From: Armatimonadota bacterium
GTDB taxonomy: Bacteria; Armatimonadota; Zipacnadia; Zipacnadales; VGFC01
NCBI GenBank assembly: GCA_016869045.1
Contig: VGFC01000003.1
Location: forward strand, 2,170-66,169
Reading direction: 5' to 3'
DNA: 64,000 bases
The stretch's first letter is position 1. Each line of letters begins with the position of its first letter. Positions 9,134 through 19,063 of this stretch are shown here, in pieces. The position numbers and the translations under genes were made by a program. Under the pieces are notes generated by a model. It searched no databases, was not told the origin of the DNA, and worked only from the letters and a program-made list of their open reading frames with translations.

Positions 9134-10195
9134 TCACTTGACCGCCAGGTAACCCTCCCGCCAGTTGTTGTCGATCTCCAGGGAGACGATCGGCTCCAGG
9201 TCACGCATCGCCAGCATGCAGCCACCCTCGAGCCCCTTGCCGCCCGCGCCGAGCGGCGGCCGGGGTGGGTAGAGAAGGTCCGTCGTGCGGCCATCGAGGA
9301 GAGCCGTCGGTTGCCCCTCCGTCAGTTGCAGGCTGTGACCGCCGACGTCAAGGAGCCACGCGGGCCCGTCCCCGACCCGGCGCCAGGTCCAGCCGCGCCT
9401 GGCGGCCAGGGCCGCCACGTCTACCACCGGCGTGTAGCCGTTCGCGAGGTAGGCATGGATCGGGGCTTCGTCCGCGCCCACCCGCACGCGCGTGACGTGC
9501 GGCCACCACTCCACGACGATCCCGTCCACCTCGCCGTCGAAGTTGGTGAGCTCCCAGGTGAGCTTGCGGTTCGCCTCATCAAGCGTGTAGCCGGCGGGGG
9601 CGATGTTGGCGAACGCTCCCGCGACATCGCCGTAGCTGACCGTGATGCTCAGGCGGTCAAGGGTCCCCTTCCAGGTGCCGGCCGTCTTCAGCAGGTACGC
9701 GAACCACTCGAAGCCGAGGTTCGCGCCTGACGCGCTGCCGCCGTGGTAGTGGCTGTAGGTGATCTCGAGGCGCCGAGTCTGATCGGCAGCGAAGGGGACG
9801 CGGGTCACGAACCAGGACTCGGCGCCCTCGTTGGGCGGCACAAGCGGAGGGGCGCCTTCGAGTGGCGGCAACTGCTCCACCGTGACCGCCTGACCATCCA
9901 CCACGAAGGCAACGTCCTGGAGGTTCAGGTCCGGGGGACGGTTGGCCCACCGCACCTGCGGGAAGCCGATCAGCACGTCGTGGGCCGCCCCCTCGTTGCG
10001 GAAGTCCATCACCGCCTTCACCGTAGCCCGCTCCGGCCCGAGGTCCACGGTGAGATCCTCCGCCACCATGCGCACGTCGCACGGGTCCTGGCGGCGAGCA
10101 GCAGCCCCTCCTCGGACCTCGATGGAGACGGGGTCAGCGCGAAGACCGCCGACCGGAGCAGCCACTGCCAACGCGCACACGAGCCAGTACCGCAT
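9134..10195 (-). CDS. Secreted DUF4424-like protein with C-terminal stalk (copper amine oxidase N-terminal-like) domain
   Basis: Signal peptide; VRMVAE, MDFRN..IGFP, YLLKTAGTWKG; C-terminal ALAARRGWTW...ALLDG pattern. Confidence 0.65.
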   Translation of the reverse strand: MRYWLVCALAVAAPVGGLRADPVSIEVRGGAAARRQDPCDVRMVAEDLTVDLGPERATVKAVMDFRNEGAAHDVLIGFPQVRWANRPPDLNLQDVAFVVDGQAVTVEQLPPLEGAPPLVPPNEGAESWFVTRVPFAADQTRRLEITYSHYHGGSASGANLGFEWFAYLLKTAGTWKGTLDRLSITVSYGDVAGAFANIAPAGYTLDEANRKLTWELTNFDGEVDGIVVEWWPHVTRVRVGADEAPIHAYLANGYTPVVDVAALAARRGWTWRRVGDGPAWLLDVGGHSLQLTEGQPTALLDGRTTDLLYPPRPPLGAGGKGLEGGCMLAMRDLEPIVSLEIDNNWREGYLAVK

Positions 10196-10274
10196 CACCC
10201 AAGCCTCCCAGTGACGCTGTTGTCGCGCATCCAGTGGTTGTACGCCTGCGGGGCGACGAAGGTTGAGCGCGCGG

Positions 10275-11372
10275 CTAGCGGACCGCCAACTCGGCGCTCA
10301 GGTCCAGGTAGCGCTTGATCCCCTCGGGTGTGACGTTCCAGGGGATGTGGTTGCCGATGCACATCATGTAGCCGCCGGTCATGCGGGAGGTCTCGACCAT
10401 GCTCTCGACCATGCGGCGGATCTCGTCGGGATCGTTGCGCGTGAGGATGCGGTTGTCGCCCTCGCCGGCAACGAAGGGGTTGTCGTACTTCCGGGCGATT
10501 TGCTTGTAGTTGGTGAAGGGCTCGGAGATGATCCCCCGGGCGCCGCAGGCCATCACGTCGTCCGCGTAGGCGTCAACGCAGCCGTCCACCATGAAGATGA
10601 CCTCGATGCCTTTCGCCCTCAGCAGCCCCCAGAACTCCTCGTAGCGCGGGAAGATGTACTTGTGCATCCAGGCGGGCGAGCAGACCGGGCCGCGGGAGGT
10701 CACGATATCATCGTGGCAGACGGCGAACTTCACCGGCAGGCGGGCGAAGGTGCGGAAGACGCGCCGGTTGATCTCCGCGAACTCGTCCATGATCCGCTCG
10801 AAGCGCGGGTCCAGGCAGCACTCCAGGAACAGCTCCCAGCCAAAGGTCAGCAGCGGCCACATGAACATCGTGTTGTAGAAGCCGCACGAGGACGTTGAGC
10901 CCTCCGGCGCGGTGTCGCCCCACTCGGCGGGGTAGCCCGCGCGGTAGGCCTCGTAGAGCTTCTCCTCGTCGGAGTAGTCGCGCGATTCCACCACGGGGAT
11001 GTGTGTGAAGTCGCCCTGCGCCAGTGGGCTGAAGGCGAAGACCTCCTCGGGCGTGTGGAACTTCAGGCCCCAGTCCCAGATGCCCGTCTCCGAGTCGCCC
11101 CAGCGGACGTGGTGGCGGCCCTGCTCGTCAGTGGAGGAACTCTCGCCCTGCAGATCGAGCTTCGGCCGGGGCTTTGGGTCGTCGGTCTCCGGCACGCCCA
11201 GCTCCAGCATCGGGTACAGCTCCCGCAGCTTCAGCCGACACTCGCGCGGGTGCTCGTAGTAGTCGATGCCCGTGAGATACGTCTCCGCATCAGGACACGA
11301 CCAGTGCTCCCAGTGGGGAATGCGCTTGGGCCACAGGCCCATGTAGGCAAGGTAGCGGTCCGAGTACTCCAT
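10275..11372 (-). CDS. Uroporphyrinogen decarboxylase/MtaA-CmuA (URO-D) family protein
   Basis: CHDDIV, YIFPRYEE, MVDG, GEGDNRIL, GNHIPWN. Confidence 0.8.
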   Translation of the reverse strand: MEYSDRYLAYMGLWPKRIPHWEHWSCPDAETYLTGIDYYEHPRECRLKLRELYPMLELGVPETDDPKPRPKLDLQGESSSTDEQGRHHVRWGDSETGIWDWGLKFHTPEEVFAFSPLAQGDFTHIPVVESRDYSDEEKLYEAYRAGYPAEWGDTAPEGSTSSCGFYNTMFMWPLLTFGWELFLECCLDPRFERIMDEFAEINRRVFRTFARLPVKFAVCHDDIVTSRGPVCSPAWMHKYIFPRYEEFWGLLRAKGIEVIFMVDGCVDAYADDVMACGARGIISEPFTNYKQIARKYDNPFVAGEGDNRILTRNDPDEIRRMVESMVETSRMTGGYMMCIGNHIPWNVTPEGIKRYLDLSAELAVR

Positions 11373-11407
11373 GCGGCGGGCCTCCCGTGCTCAGGTGGGT
11401 ACGGCGA

Positions 11408-11434
11408 GGGGCGGACACATGGGTCCGCCCCTAC
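11408..11434 (-). repeat. GTAG-family REP palindrome
   Basis: Minus strand GTAG-GGGCGGAC-CCATGT-GTCCGCCCC; its TAG is the stop of the 11431 ORF. Confidence 0.7.
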
Positions 11435-12804
11435 GGACGTCTGAGGCTCAGGGCGATTTCCTCAACGTACTCCGGCGACTGCAGCGTCAGCGCGCCGCCC
11501 TCGTGCTCTACCACTCGCGCCCCCTCGCTCTCCCCGCTCCTTGGGTTCAGCCATCCGACGCGGTAGTTGCCTGCAGGGACGTCGAGCGTCAGCTCGACCT
11601 GCGTGCCGCCCTTCAGGTAGATCGCGTACTGCTTGCCGGGCTCGGCGAGGCAGCGCGCGACGGCGCCGTCCGGGACGCCGCTGGTGATGGTCTCGCCATG
11701 GGGCGCCATGCGGAGGAAGTCGAAGCTCTCGAGGAAGCGCTTGAGCGTCGTGAGCTGGCTCCGCAGCCGCGGGCCGCCGCCGCCAGGGGCGGAGACCTCA
11801 GCGGTGCCCTCGGGATGCGCAGCGGTGAACGAGTAGTCCAGGTTGTCGTAGACCGCGCCGCCGGCGAGCATGAACTCCCAGGCGTCCGTGCGGTAAGGCA
11901 GGTCCTCGGAGCCCTTGAAGCCCGTCTCGTCGAAGGCGATGGGGCGGTTGAGGCCCCAGTTCACCTTCACTGCATCGGGCGGGTTCGCGTAGTGGAAGTT
12001 GAGGATCGACACGAGCGGGTTCGGGTCGGTGACCTCCGCCGAACCGTTCGCGATGTTCTGCGCGATGAGGTGCTTGTGAGGGAAGTCCGCCTCGGCCTCC
12101 GCGATCACCCGGGCGATTCGGGCTTGCCAGTCGAGCGTCACGCCGCCGAAGTACGGCTCGTTGCAGATCTCATAGTACAGGTTCGGCACGTCGCGCAGCT
12201 CGCTCACGATCTTGCGGGTCATCGCCTCCTGGATCGCGGTCAGTTGCGGATGCTTCAGGGCCAGGACCTCGGTTCGCGGCACGTCAGGCGTGCCGTTCAC
12301 GTTGTTCGCGGGGTGCAGCGGGCTGAGCCGCCACATCGAGTCCTCGTAGTACGGGCAGAAGAGCGCCAGCTCCACGACGACCCCGCGCTGGCCCGCCTCC
12401 CGGCAGAAGGTCTTCAGGCGCGCGAAGTAGGCTGCATCCCAACGCGTGAGGTCGAACTTGCTCCCGCCATTGGCGTAGCCGGGCTCCGGGCTGCGCGCCC
12501 ACGGGCAGATCAGCCGCCCCTCGGCGGGGGCCAGCGTGTTGTCGCGGATACCAAAGGACCGCGAATCCTCGCAGTAGACCCCGGTGAAGGTGCGGGTGAG
12601 GTTGAACTCGCACTGCTGCAGCTCCGTGAAATACGGAACGCAGTCGAAGTCCAGGTTCAGCACCGCGCCATAGTGCTCCCCGGAGGTGATCAGCACCGTT
12701 GGCTTGCCGCCGAAGGTGAAGTAGCGAGGGTTGTCCGGGTGCAGCGCGATGGGTGGCGGCGCGGAGGCGGCTGAAGCGGCGAGTGAGAGCACCATGGTTA
12801 GCAT
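11431..12804 (-). CDS. Secreted GH5/DUF4038-like glycoside hydrolase with C-terminal collagen-binding-like domain
   Basis: ATG at 12804 with AAGGA RBS; HPDNPRYF, YEICNEP, NFHY, FDETGF; C-terminal YAIY..WLNPRSG. Confidence 0.75.
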   Translation of the reverse strand: MLTMVLSLAASAASAPPPIALHPDNPRYFTFGGKPTVLITSGEHYGAVLNLDFDCVPYFTELQQCEFNLTRTFTGVYCEDSRSFGIRDNTLAPAEGRLICPWARSPEPGYANGGSKFDLTRWDAAYFARLKTFCREAGQRGVVVELALFCPYYEDSMWRLSPLHPANNVNGTPDVPRTEVLALKHPQLTAIQEAMTRKIVSELRDVPNLYYEICNEPYFGGVTLDWQARIARVIAEAEADFPHKHLIAQNIANGSAEVTDPNPLVSILNFHYANPPDAVKVNWGLNRPIAFDETGFKGSEDLPYRTDAWEFMLAGGAVYDNLDYSFTAAHPEGTAEVSAPGGGGPRLRSQLTTLKRFLESFDFLRMAPHGETITSGVPDGAVARCLAEPGKQYAIYLKGGTQVELTLDVPAGNYRVGWLNPRSGESEGARVVEHEGGALTLQSPEYVEEIALSLRRP

Positions 12805-12899
12805 CGCAGTCCTTGCGCGAGGCGCCGAAGATGAACGAGGCGGAGGGCTTTCGCCGGCTCCGCCTCGTGGTTCGTCTGAAGGGTGCGGCACTCCTCGGG

Positions 12900-13823
12900 C
12901 TAGTAGGTGCGCGTGAGCTGCTTCTGATTGGCTCCGTTCGGGTCGCTCACCCAGACCTGACGGTCGCGGGTGAAGGTGATGCGGGTCCCGTCGGGCCTCC
13001 AGTCCGGGTATCCGTCAGAGCGGGCGTCCGAGGTGACCTGCGTCAGGCCCAAACCATCGGGCGCAACGCTCCACAGATCGAAGTCACCCGCGCGGTTCGA
13101 GGTGAAGAGGATCGTGTTCCCGTCCGGCGACCAGGCCGGCTGCTCGTCGCGGTCGGGAGAGGTCGTCACCTGGGTCAGACCGCCGCCGACCAGGTCCTTG
13201 ACCCAGATGTCCGTGTTGCCGGCTCGGTCGGACTGGAAGGCGATCTTCGTGCCCGTCGGGTCGAAGCACGCCCACTGGTCGTTGGCCGGGTCCTGATCCA
13301 CAGCCACCTGCTGCGTCGGATCGGCGACCGTCACCGTGTAGATGTTGTTGTCGCCGTCGCGGTTCGTGGTGAACGCGATCTTCGTGCCGTCGGGAGACCA
13401 GGCGGGCTGGGTGTCGGAGCCCGGGTCGGTCGTGAGCTGGGTCAGGAGCGCCGGGCGGTCGCCGCTGGTGGCGGAGATCAGGTAGAGGTCGTTGCTCGGC
13501 CCGCGCCGCGAGGCCATGGCGACCAACGTGCCATCCGGGCTGTAGGCCGGGTTGAACCCGCCCTCGTCCAGCAGGTCGCTGTCGTTGTCCGACGGCGTCA
13601 GCGTCGTCACTGCGCCGCCCTGCTGGTTGATGGTGTTGATGTAGCGCAGACCGTTTCCGCCAAACGAAGCGAACGCGATCGCGCCGTTCGGGCCGTACGA
13701 GTTGCCCTCCGAGACGGTGAAGAACGCGGCCTCGCCCCCGCTGCCGCCACAACCCGACAGGACCGAGGCGGCAATCAGGGGCACGAGAACCACAGCAAGC
13801 GTCAACAGGGACTTCCGGGTCAT
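12900..13823 (-). CDS. TolB-like beta-propeller (PD40 repeat) lipoprotein
   Basis: Lipobox VLSGC; repeats PAYSPDG, PAWSPDG (twice), CFDPTG, PDWRPDG. Confidence 0.9.
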   Translation of the reverse strand: MTRKSLLTLAVVLVPLIAASVLSGCGGSGGEAAFFTVSEGNSYGPNGAIAFASFGGNGLRYINTINQQGGAVTTLTPSDNDSDLLDEGGFNPAYSPDGTLVAMASRRGPSNDLYLISATSGDRPALLTQLTTDPGSDTQPAWSPDGTKIAFTTNRDGDNNIYTVTVADPTQQVAVDQDPANDQWACFDPTGTKIAFQSDRAGNTDIWVKDLVGGGLTQVTTSPDRDEQPAWSPDGNTILFTSNRAGDFDLWSVAPDGLGLTQVTSDARSDGYPDWRPDGTRITFTRDRQVWVSDPNGANQKQLTRTY

Positions 13824-13930
13824 GACTCCCTCTCCTCTAGCGGGCGTACAAGGGCCCGTCGCGAGCGCTTCGCAATGGGCTCCACCGTACCCTTCGGACA
13901 ACGGGGAACGTCCTGAGTTCCGGCGCGGGG

Positions 13931-13959
13931 ATTATAGTCGGTCCCCCCGGCAGGGTCAA
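13931..13959 (-). promoter_or_regulatory. Sigma70 promoter for the TolB-like gene
   Basis: TTGACC-17 nt-TATAAT on minus strand. Confidence 0.8.
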
Positions 13960-13983
13960 GGGAGACGCGCGGCGCGTGTCGGC

Positions 13984-15576
13984 TCAGGCGAAGGCGGCGA
14001 GCAGCTCCCTCCGTGTAGCTCTGAACGCCGCCGGGTCGAGGTCGCAGTCATCCATCGCGCGGATGACCCGCGCGGCGATCCGGTGCGCCTGTTCGGGCTC
14101 CAGGAGGCGCAGAAGCTCGTAGTCCTCGATTCCGTCGCGGAGCGCCTCGAAGCGGATGGAATCAAGTGGCCCGCCGCTACCCGGGTAGACGATGCAGTTG
14201 TCACCGGCCGGCAGGCAGAAGTTCGGGCTGTGGACCGGCTCGACATCGACGAAGGGCACATCCCCCGCCCAGTAGTTGTAGCCCCAGTGCAGGAAGCCCG
14301 TGCTCTCGTAGTGGAAGTTCAGCCAGTGCAGCAGGCGCGTCTTCACGAGATGGTAGTCGATGAAGCGGTTGGCATAGGTCCCGGTCGGCGCGAGGCACGT
14401 GTAGAACCACAGCTCATCCCCGGCGGCGACGCGGCTCCGGTAGAAGTCGTTCCCCGTATGCCAGTCCCCCAACTGCGGGACCCAGATGTCGAGGTTCTGC
14501 GCCTCATGGCACATGTTCGCTTCGATGGTCCGTAGGCGCGGCGCATAGCGCTTCACGGCGGCGCTCAGTTTGTTCCAGCTCTCCACGTTGCAGGGGATCG
14601 GCTCGTCGGCGAGGTGCTGGAAGTACCGGTCGGCCCAGCCGCGCGTGACGAGGTGCGCCTCCAGCGCGGGGAGGAAGTCGGCCAGGAAGGCGTTCGCCTC
14701 CAGGCTCCCGGCGAGCGCCTGCTTGTGCACCAGCCCGTGGCCCTCGGGCTGCCAGGTGCTGATCTCGAACTCCGTGGCCTCCCAGCCGCCCGCCCGGCCG
14801 CCGAGGTGCCCGCCCTCGATGCAGCCGATTACGCCCTCCCGCATGAACAGCTCCACGAACCGGCCGAAGCGCGCGAAGTCGAGGGCCAACCGGCCGCCCT
14901 CGTTGCGCATGTCGATCAACTCGAAGATGGGGGTGATGACCACGTTCTGTCGATGGGCCGCGAGGTTCCGCGCATACACCGCCAGCAAGTCCCAGTATGC
15001 CTCGCTCCACATCTTCACGCTGTGGAAGCGCGCGATGTTCGCCCAACTCACCCAGTTCGTGACCTTCAGCGTGCGCTCGTCGGGAACGGTGGCCGGATAC
15101 ACGGTCACCCGCAGCTCCGCCTCGGCGTCTCCCTGGTCGGTGGCGACGTGAATCGGCCCAACGTACTCGCCCGGCGGAGTGTCCTTCGGCACGGTGACGT
15201 CGATCCAGATGGGGAGGCACTCGCCCTTGCGCACGCGGATGTGGCCCTGCGGGAAGAGCGGATCGGGGAACATCGCCGGCGCCGGGCGCACGAGGTGCTC
15301 GGCCGGCGTGTTCGTCGTGTTCTCGCGAACCGGCACATGCCCCACGAACCGCGCCTGCGCACCTGCCAGCGGGAAGCCGCCCGCGACCGGCTGCAGCGGC
15401 CCGAACGTGACCACCACCGACATGAGGTGGTGCGAGTCGCACTTCAGCGCGAGCTGCCCGGCCTCGGTCTCGTTACGCGCGGCGTCGATCCGCACGACTG
15501 AGGTCGCATCCCCCGGCGGACCGTCATCGGGGAAGACCTTCGTCAGGGCATCAACCGACCAGACTTGCAGGGACAT
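13984..15576 (-). CDS. DUF4091/GH123-like glycoside hydrolase
   Basis: AARNETEAGQL, FPDPL, ADEP, WFYTC, GFLHWGYN, SIRFEALRDGIEDYE. Confidence 0.85.
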   Translation of the reverse strand: MSLQVWSVDALTKVFPDDGPPGDATSVVRIDAARNETEAGQLALKCDSHHLMSVVVTFGPLQPVAGGFPLAGAQARFVGHVPVRENTTNTPAEHLVRPAPAMFPDPLFPQGHIRVRKGECLPIWIDVTVPKDTPPGEYVGPIHVATDQGDAEAELRVTVYPATVPDERTLKVTNWVSWANIARFHSVKMWSEAYWDLLAVYARNLAAHRQNVVITPIFELIDMRNEGGRLALDFARFGRFVELFMREGVIGCIEGGHLGGRAGGWEATEFEISTWQPEGHGLVHKQALAGSLEANAFLADFLPALEAHLVTRGWADRYFQHLADEPIPCNVESWNKLSAAVKRYAPRLRTIEANMCHEAQNLDIWVPQLGDWHTGNDFYRSRVAAGDELWFYTCLAPTGTYANRFIDYHLVKTRLLHWLNFHYESTGFLHWGYNYWAGDVPFVDVEPVHSPNFCLPAGDNCIVYPGSGGPLDSIRFEALRDGIEDYELLRLLEPEQAHRIAARVIRAMDDCDLDPAAFRATRRELLAAFA

Positions 15577-15607
15577 GATTCCGCTCCTCGGCTGCAGGGG
15601 TGCACGG

Positions 15608-18600
15608 TCACTTCGCGCGGACGACGGGCTCCGCCCAGCGTGCCCAGTCGCAGGTTGCGTCGTCGCGGGCGTCGGCGATCAGGCTCAGGACGATGGTCTG
15701 CCCGGCCCAGCGACTGAGGTCGACCCCCAACGGGTGCCAGCCGTCGGCACGTTCGACCGGTTGCCGGTGCAGGACCTCCCCGTTGACGGCGACCGCGAAG
15801 TCGATGCCGTTGCTTCGATCCGCCCCGTCCTGGATGCCGGCTGAGGTCGTCAGGACGGCGGGATCGCGGGGCAAGGTGAGCAGGTAGTCAACGACCGTCT
15901 CCCCGCCGATCGGCGGGTGGACGGCCAGAGCGGGCCTTTCGACCCCAGCGCACCTGCCTGTCCCTTGCGAGGCGCCGAGGTAGATAGGGCGGTTCTGCTT
16001 CGGCAGCGGCACGCCGCCAACGAGGGGGCTCCAGTCGAACTCCGCGCCCAGCAGATCAAGCGGCAGCGAGGCGGCCTGCGGCTCCGCGAACAGGAGGCAG
16101 AGCGGGCCGGGCGCGGTGGCCTGCAGTCGGTAGCGTGTCAGCGCGCCCTGGCCGCCAACGCGAGTGCAGCCGGCAGGGCGGAGGGACGCGGGCACCTCGC
16201 GCGGTGTCAGCACCTCGAGCGGGAACTCCAGCGCCCCCGCGTCGGAGACCAGCCTCGGCTCTCCCCACGCCGCCCAGGCGTAGCTTCCCCGGCCCTCGGG
16301 GCCCTTGTCCACGGACAGGCGCAGCTTCACGATCCGCCCGGCGAGGTCCGAGAGGTCCACGGAGCAGGGCTGCCACTCGCAGCGCTTCCAGTCCTGGCGG
16401 AAGACCTCGCGCCCGTCCGCATGCACGAGGAAGGTGACGCCCTCGGACTGCTCGGCACCGTCGCGCAGACCGATGGCGAACTCCAGTCGGCTCTGGCCCT
16501 CGGGGACGGGCAGGGCCCACTCGGCGAACACCTGGCCGATGACGCCGGGCTCCGGGTCCCACGGGGGGTGAACCGAGAAGCCCTGCAGGGGCTTGTCGCC
16601 GACGGTCGCGTAGCCCCCGGTGAGCTGCGCACGGTTGCCCAGGGGCTTGTCCTCGCCCCGGACCGTGATGCCGATGGCGGCGTCCGACACGCGCTGGGTC
16701 AGGTCGAGTACCCGCTGGCGGAGCGCGAAGTCCGCCAACAGGAAGCGGTCCGTGCAACGGAAACTGCGCAGGATGACGTCCTCCGGCAGGCGGAGGAGGT
16801 GCGGGCGGCCGGGCTCGGGCGCGCCCGGCTCGCAGAGGTGGAGGCGGTCAGGATCGAGACCGTAGATACCCGACTCGTCGTACGCGGGCCAGCCGTCGAT
16901 GTGCCCGGCGGCGCGGACGGAGGTTCTGCCGCGGACGTAGCGGTAGAGCGTGCGGCCTTCCCCGGAGGCGTCCCGGAACCATGCGTACGAGCCTCCGAAG
17001 CCGTCCTCTTCGCAGACGAGGCGCGCGCCGGAGGGTCCAGTCCACACGCACTTCGTCTCGGGGGAGGCCTCCGCGTCGAAGTCCGGCTGGAGATCGAAGT
17101 GGTCGATGAGGCGCATCTCTTCCAGCCGCACGCGCAAGTCCGGGCCCGGGTCCGCAAGCCGTTCCGCGGTCGGGTGAGACAGCGTGGGCAGGACGCCCCA
17201 GCTTTCGTAGGCGCGCGTCCAGCCCCGGTACAGGTCGGACGGCGCGGGGGCGGGGTAGCCGAGGTAACCGTACCACCGCGTGTGCGGCCCGAGAAGATAC
17301 GCTGAGATGGGATGGCTGCAGTCCGCGCCCGCCAGGTCGAGCGCGAGGCCCGGCTGGCCCGGCGGGCGTGTCATGGCCAGCGAACCGTGTGTCTGGGCGA
17401 AGCACTCGTGGCGGCACGAGACTTCGTTGAGGCCTTCGCCGCCGAGGGCGACCTCCGGCAGTGAACCGCGCAGGTCGCGATGGAAGGCCACGTTGCCCTG
17501 GACCGTGTTCAGCCCGTCGGCGCGTTCGGTGACGTTGGGCATCGCCAGCGTCACGTCGAGGTGCAGCGCGTCGGCGCCGTAGCGCTCCACGATCTCTCGG
17601 CACTTGCGGACATACAGGTTGCGCCAGGCTTGCGCGCCCGGGTGGATCATCGCGATGTGGGGCACGGGTTCGGCCCAGGGCCACTCGTAGGTGTGTAGCG
17701 CCCCGGTGAGGGCGTCGCGCATGTGGTAGGGCTTCAGCTCCTCGTAGGCGGGGTTCTCCAGATTCACGCCGTAGTAACACGTGTGCGGCATCACGCGGTA
17801 GCCCAGCTCGTGAGCGAACGCCACCAGGTCGGCGAAGCCCTCGTAGCTGGTGTAGTCGGGGTAGTTGATGTCGTAGGTGTCGCGGCGCCAGTTGGGGACG
17901 TACAGCAGGCACTTGCTCGGGGTGACCCACTCCGCAAGCTCTTTGAGCGTCGCGCGGACCTCCTCCCGCTGCGAGGGATCGCGGTCTGCGCCCAGGATGA
18001 CGACGGAGCGGATGCCGCTTGCCCACGGCGGGTGGCGCTCTGCCAGCGAGGGGGTGCGGAACGTCTGGGTCATCCATTCCCGGTAGCGACGCGCAGGTAC
18101 CCGCCAGTCGCCCTCGTAGAAGGCGAGTCGCCAGGTGACTGACTCGATGGAGGTGTGCTGCGAGGGCGGGCCCTCATTGTAGGTGCGGAAGGCGAGGTCG
18201 AAGCGGCCCCGATGGTGGCGGATCGCGAGGCCCTTGAAGCGGTCGTCGGGGTCGTCGGCGCGGACCCAGAAGCCGCCCCGGCGGCCCTGGACGATCACCA
18301 TCTGCGCCTCCCAGCCCGTCGGCCAGTCCAGCACGGTGTCGGCGACCGGCGAGCCGTTCCCGAGGCGGACGCCTGACCAGGCCGGGACGATCAGACTGAC
18401 GACTTCGTCGCTCAAGCCACGAATGGCCCACTGACAGCCGTGGAGGCCGGAGGGGGCCGTGCCCTCCTGGTGGATCACCGCGTCACCCGCGGCATCCGCC
18501 GTGACGGTCGTGGCAAGGGCGGCCCCGTCCGCCCACGTCGTGCTGGAGCGCGCTCCGTCTTCTGAGCGTTCCGCCGCAGCGGCGGTCCAGTCGGCCTGGC

Positions 18601-18811
18601 TGCCGTCGTGAAGCAGGCCGCTGTCCAGCCCAGCGCCTGCGGGTGCCGTGTACGTCTCTCCAGTCAGCCGGTTGGTTACCGCGACCAGAACTCCGTCCTC
18701 GAAGGTCAGCGTGCCGCCGGCAAGATGCACCTGCGAAGAGGCCGGCGACGGCTTGGGCACGCATAGCGCCCACAGGACTGCCAGAGCGGCGGCTCGGGGG
18801 AAGATGCGCAT
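15608..18811 (-). CDS. Secreted DUF6259-like protein with two C-terminal NPCBM-like domains
   Basis: Signal peptide; WRRDTYDINYPDY, ELGYRVMPH, HLDV; repeated HPP...GV/IxF.V..DLS..AG..WxEP modules. Confidence 0.65.
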   Translation of the reverse strand: MRIFPRAAALAVLWALCVPKPSPASSQVHLAGGTLTFEDGVLVAVTNRLTGETYTAPAGAGLDSGLLHDGSQADWTAAAAERSEDGARSSTTWADGAALATTVTADAAGDAVIHQEGTAPSGLHGCQWAIRGLSDEVVSLIVPAWSGVRLGNGSPVADTVLDWPTGWEAQMVIVQGRRGGFWVRADDPDDRFKGLAIRHHRGRFDLAFRTYNEGPPSQHTSIESVTWRLAFYEGDWRVPARRYREWMTQTFRTPSLAERHPPWASGIRSVVILGADRDPSQREEVRATLKELAEWVTPSKCLLYVPNWRRDTYDINYPDYTSYEGFADLVAFAHELGYRVMPHTCYYGVNLENPAYEELKPYHMRDALTGALHTYEWPWAEPVPHIAMIHPGAQAWRNLYVRKCREIVERYGADALHLDVTLAMPNVTERADGLNTVQGNVAFHRDLRGSLPEVALGGEGLNEVSCRHECFAQTHGSLAMTRPPGQPGLALDLAGADCSHPISAYLLGPHTRWYGYLGYPAPAPSDLYRGWTRAYESWGVLPTLSHPTAERLADPGPDLRVRLEEMRLIDHFDLQPDFDAEASPETKCVWTGPSGARLVCEEDGFGGSYAWFRDASGEGRTLYRYVRGRTSVRAAGHIDGWPAYDESGIYGLDPDRLHLCEPGAPEPGRPHLLRLPEDVILRSFRCTDRFLLADFALRQRVLDLTQRVSDAAIGITVRGEDKPLGNRAQLTGGYATVGDKPLQGFSVHPPWDPEPGVIGQVFAEWALPVPEGQSRLEFAIGLRDGAEQSEGVTFLVHADGREVFRQDWKRCEWQPCSVDLSDLAGRIVKLRLSVDKGPEGRGSYAWAAWGEPRLVSDAGALEFPLEVLTPREVPASLRPAGCTRVGGQGALTRYRLQATAPGPLCLLFAEPQAASLPLDLLGAEFDWSPLVGGVPLPKQNRPIYLGASQGTGRCAGVERPALAVHPPIGGETVVDYLLTLPRDPAVLTTSAGIQDGADRSNGIDFAVAVNGEVLHRQPVERADGWHPLGVDLSRWAGQTIVLSLIADARDDATCDWARWAEPVVRAK

Positions 18812-18977
18812 TCCGGAGGGGCTCCCGTCTGCGAAGGATGGCGAGAGTCGATGGCCCGGTTCGCTGTGCGTACGGTCACTGCCTGCCGCAGGAGCGAGGA
18901 AGAAGGTGTTCTGCGGCGGGTGGCGAACAGTAGGTTCCGACGCCGAGGGCCCGCGGTTCGGGGGCTGTTGGGGTGCG

Positions 18978-19006
18978 TTGACACTTGCACCTCGAAAGCG
19001 GATAAT
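18978..19006 (+). promoter_or_regulatory. Sigma70 promoter for the S8 protease genes
   Basis: TTGACA-17 nt-GATAAT upstream of GGAGG RBS at 19050. Confidence 0.8.
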
Positions 19007-19063
19007 GCCCGCAATCAGTACTTGGCGTACGGTGCAATCTCACCGGCTCGGAGGATGACGGCC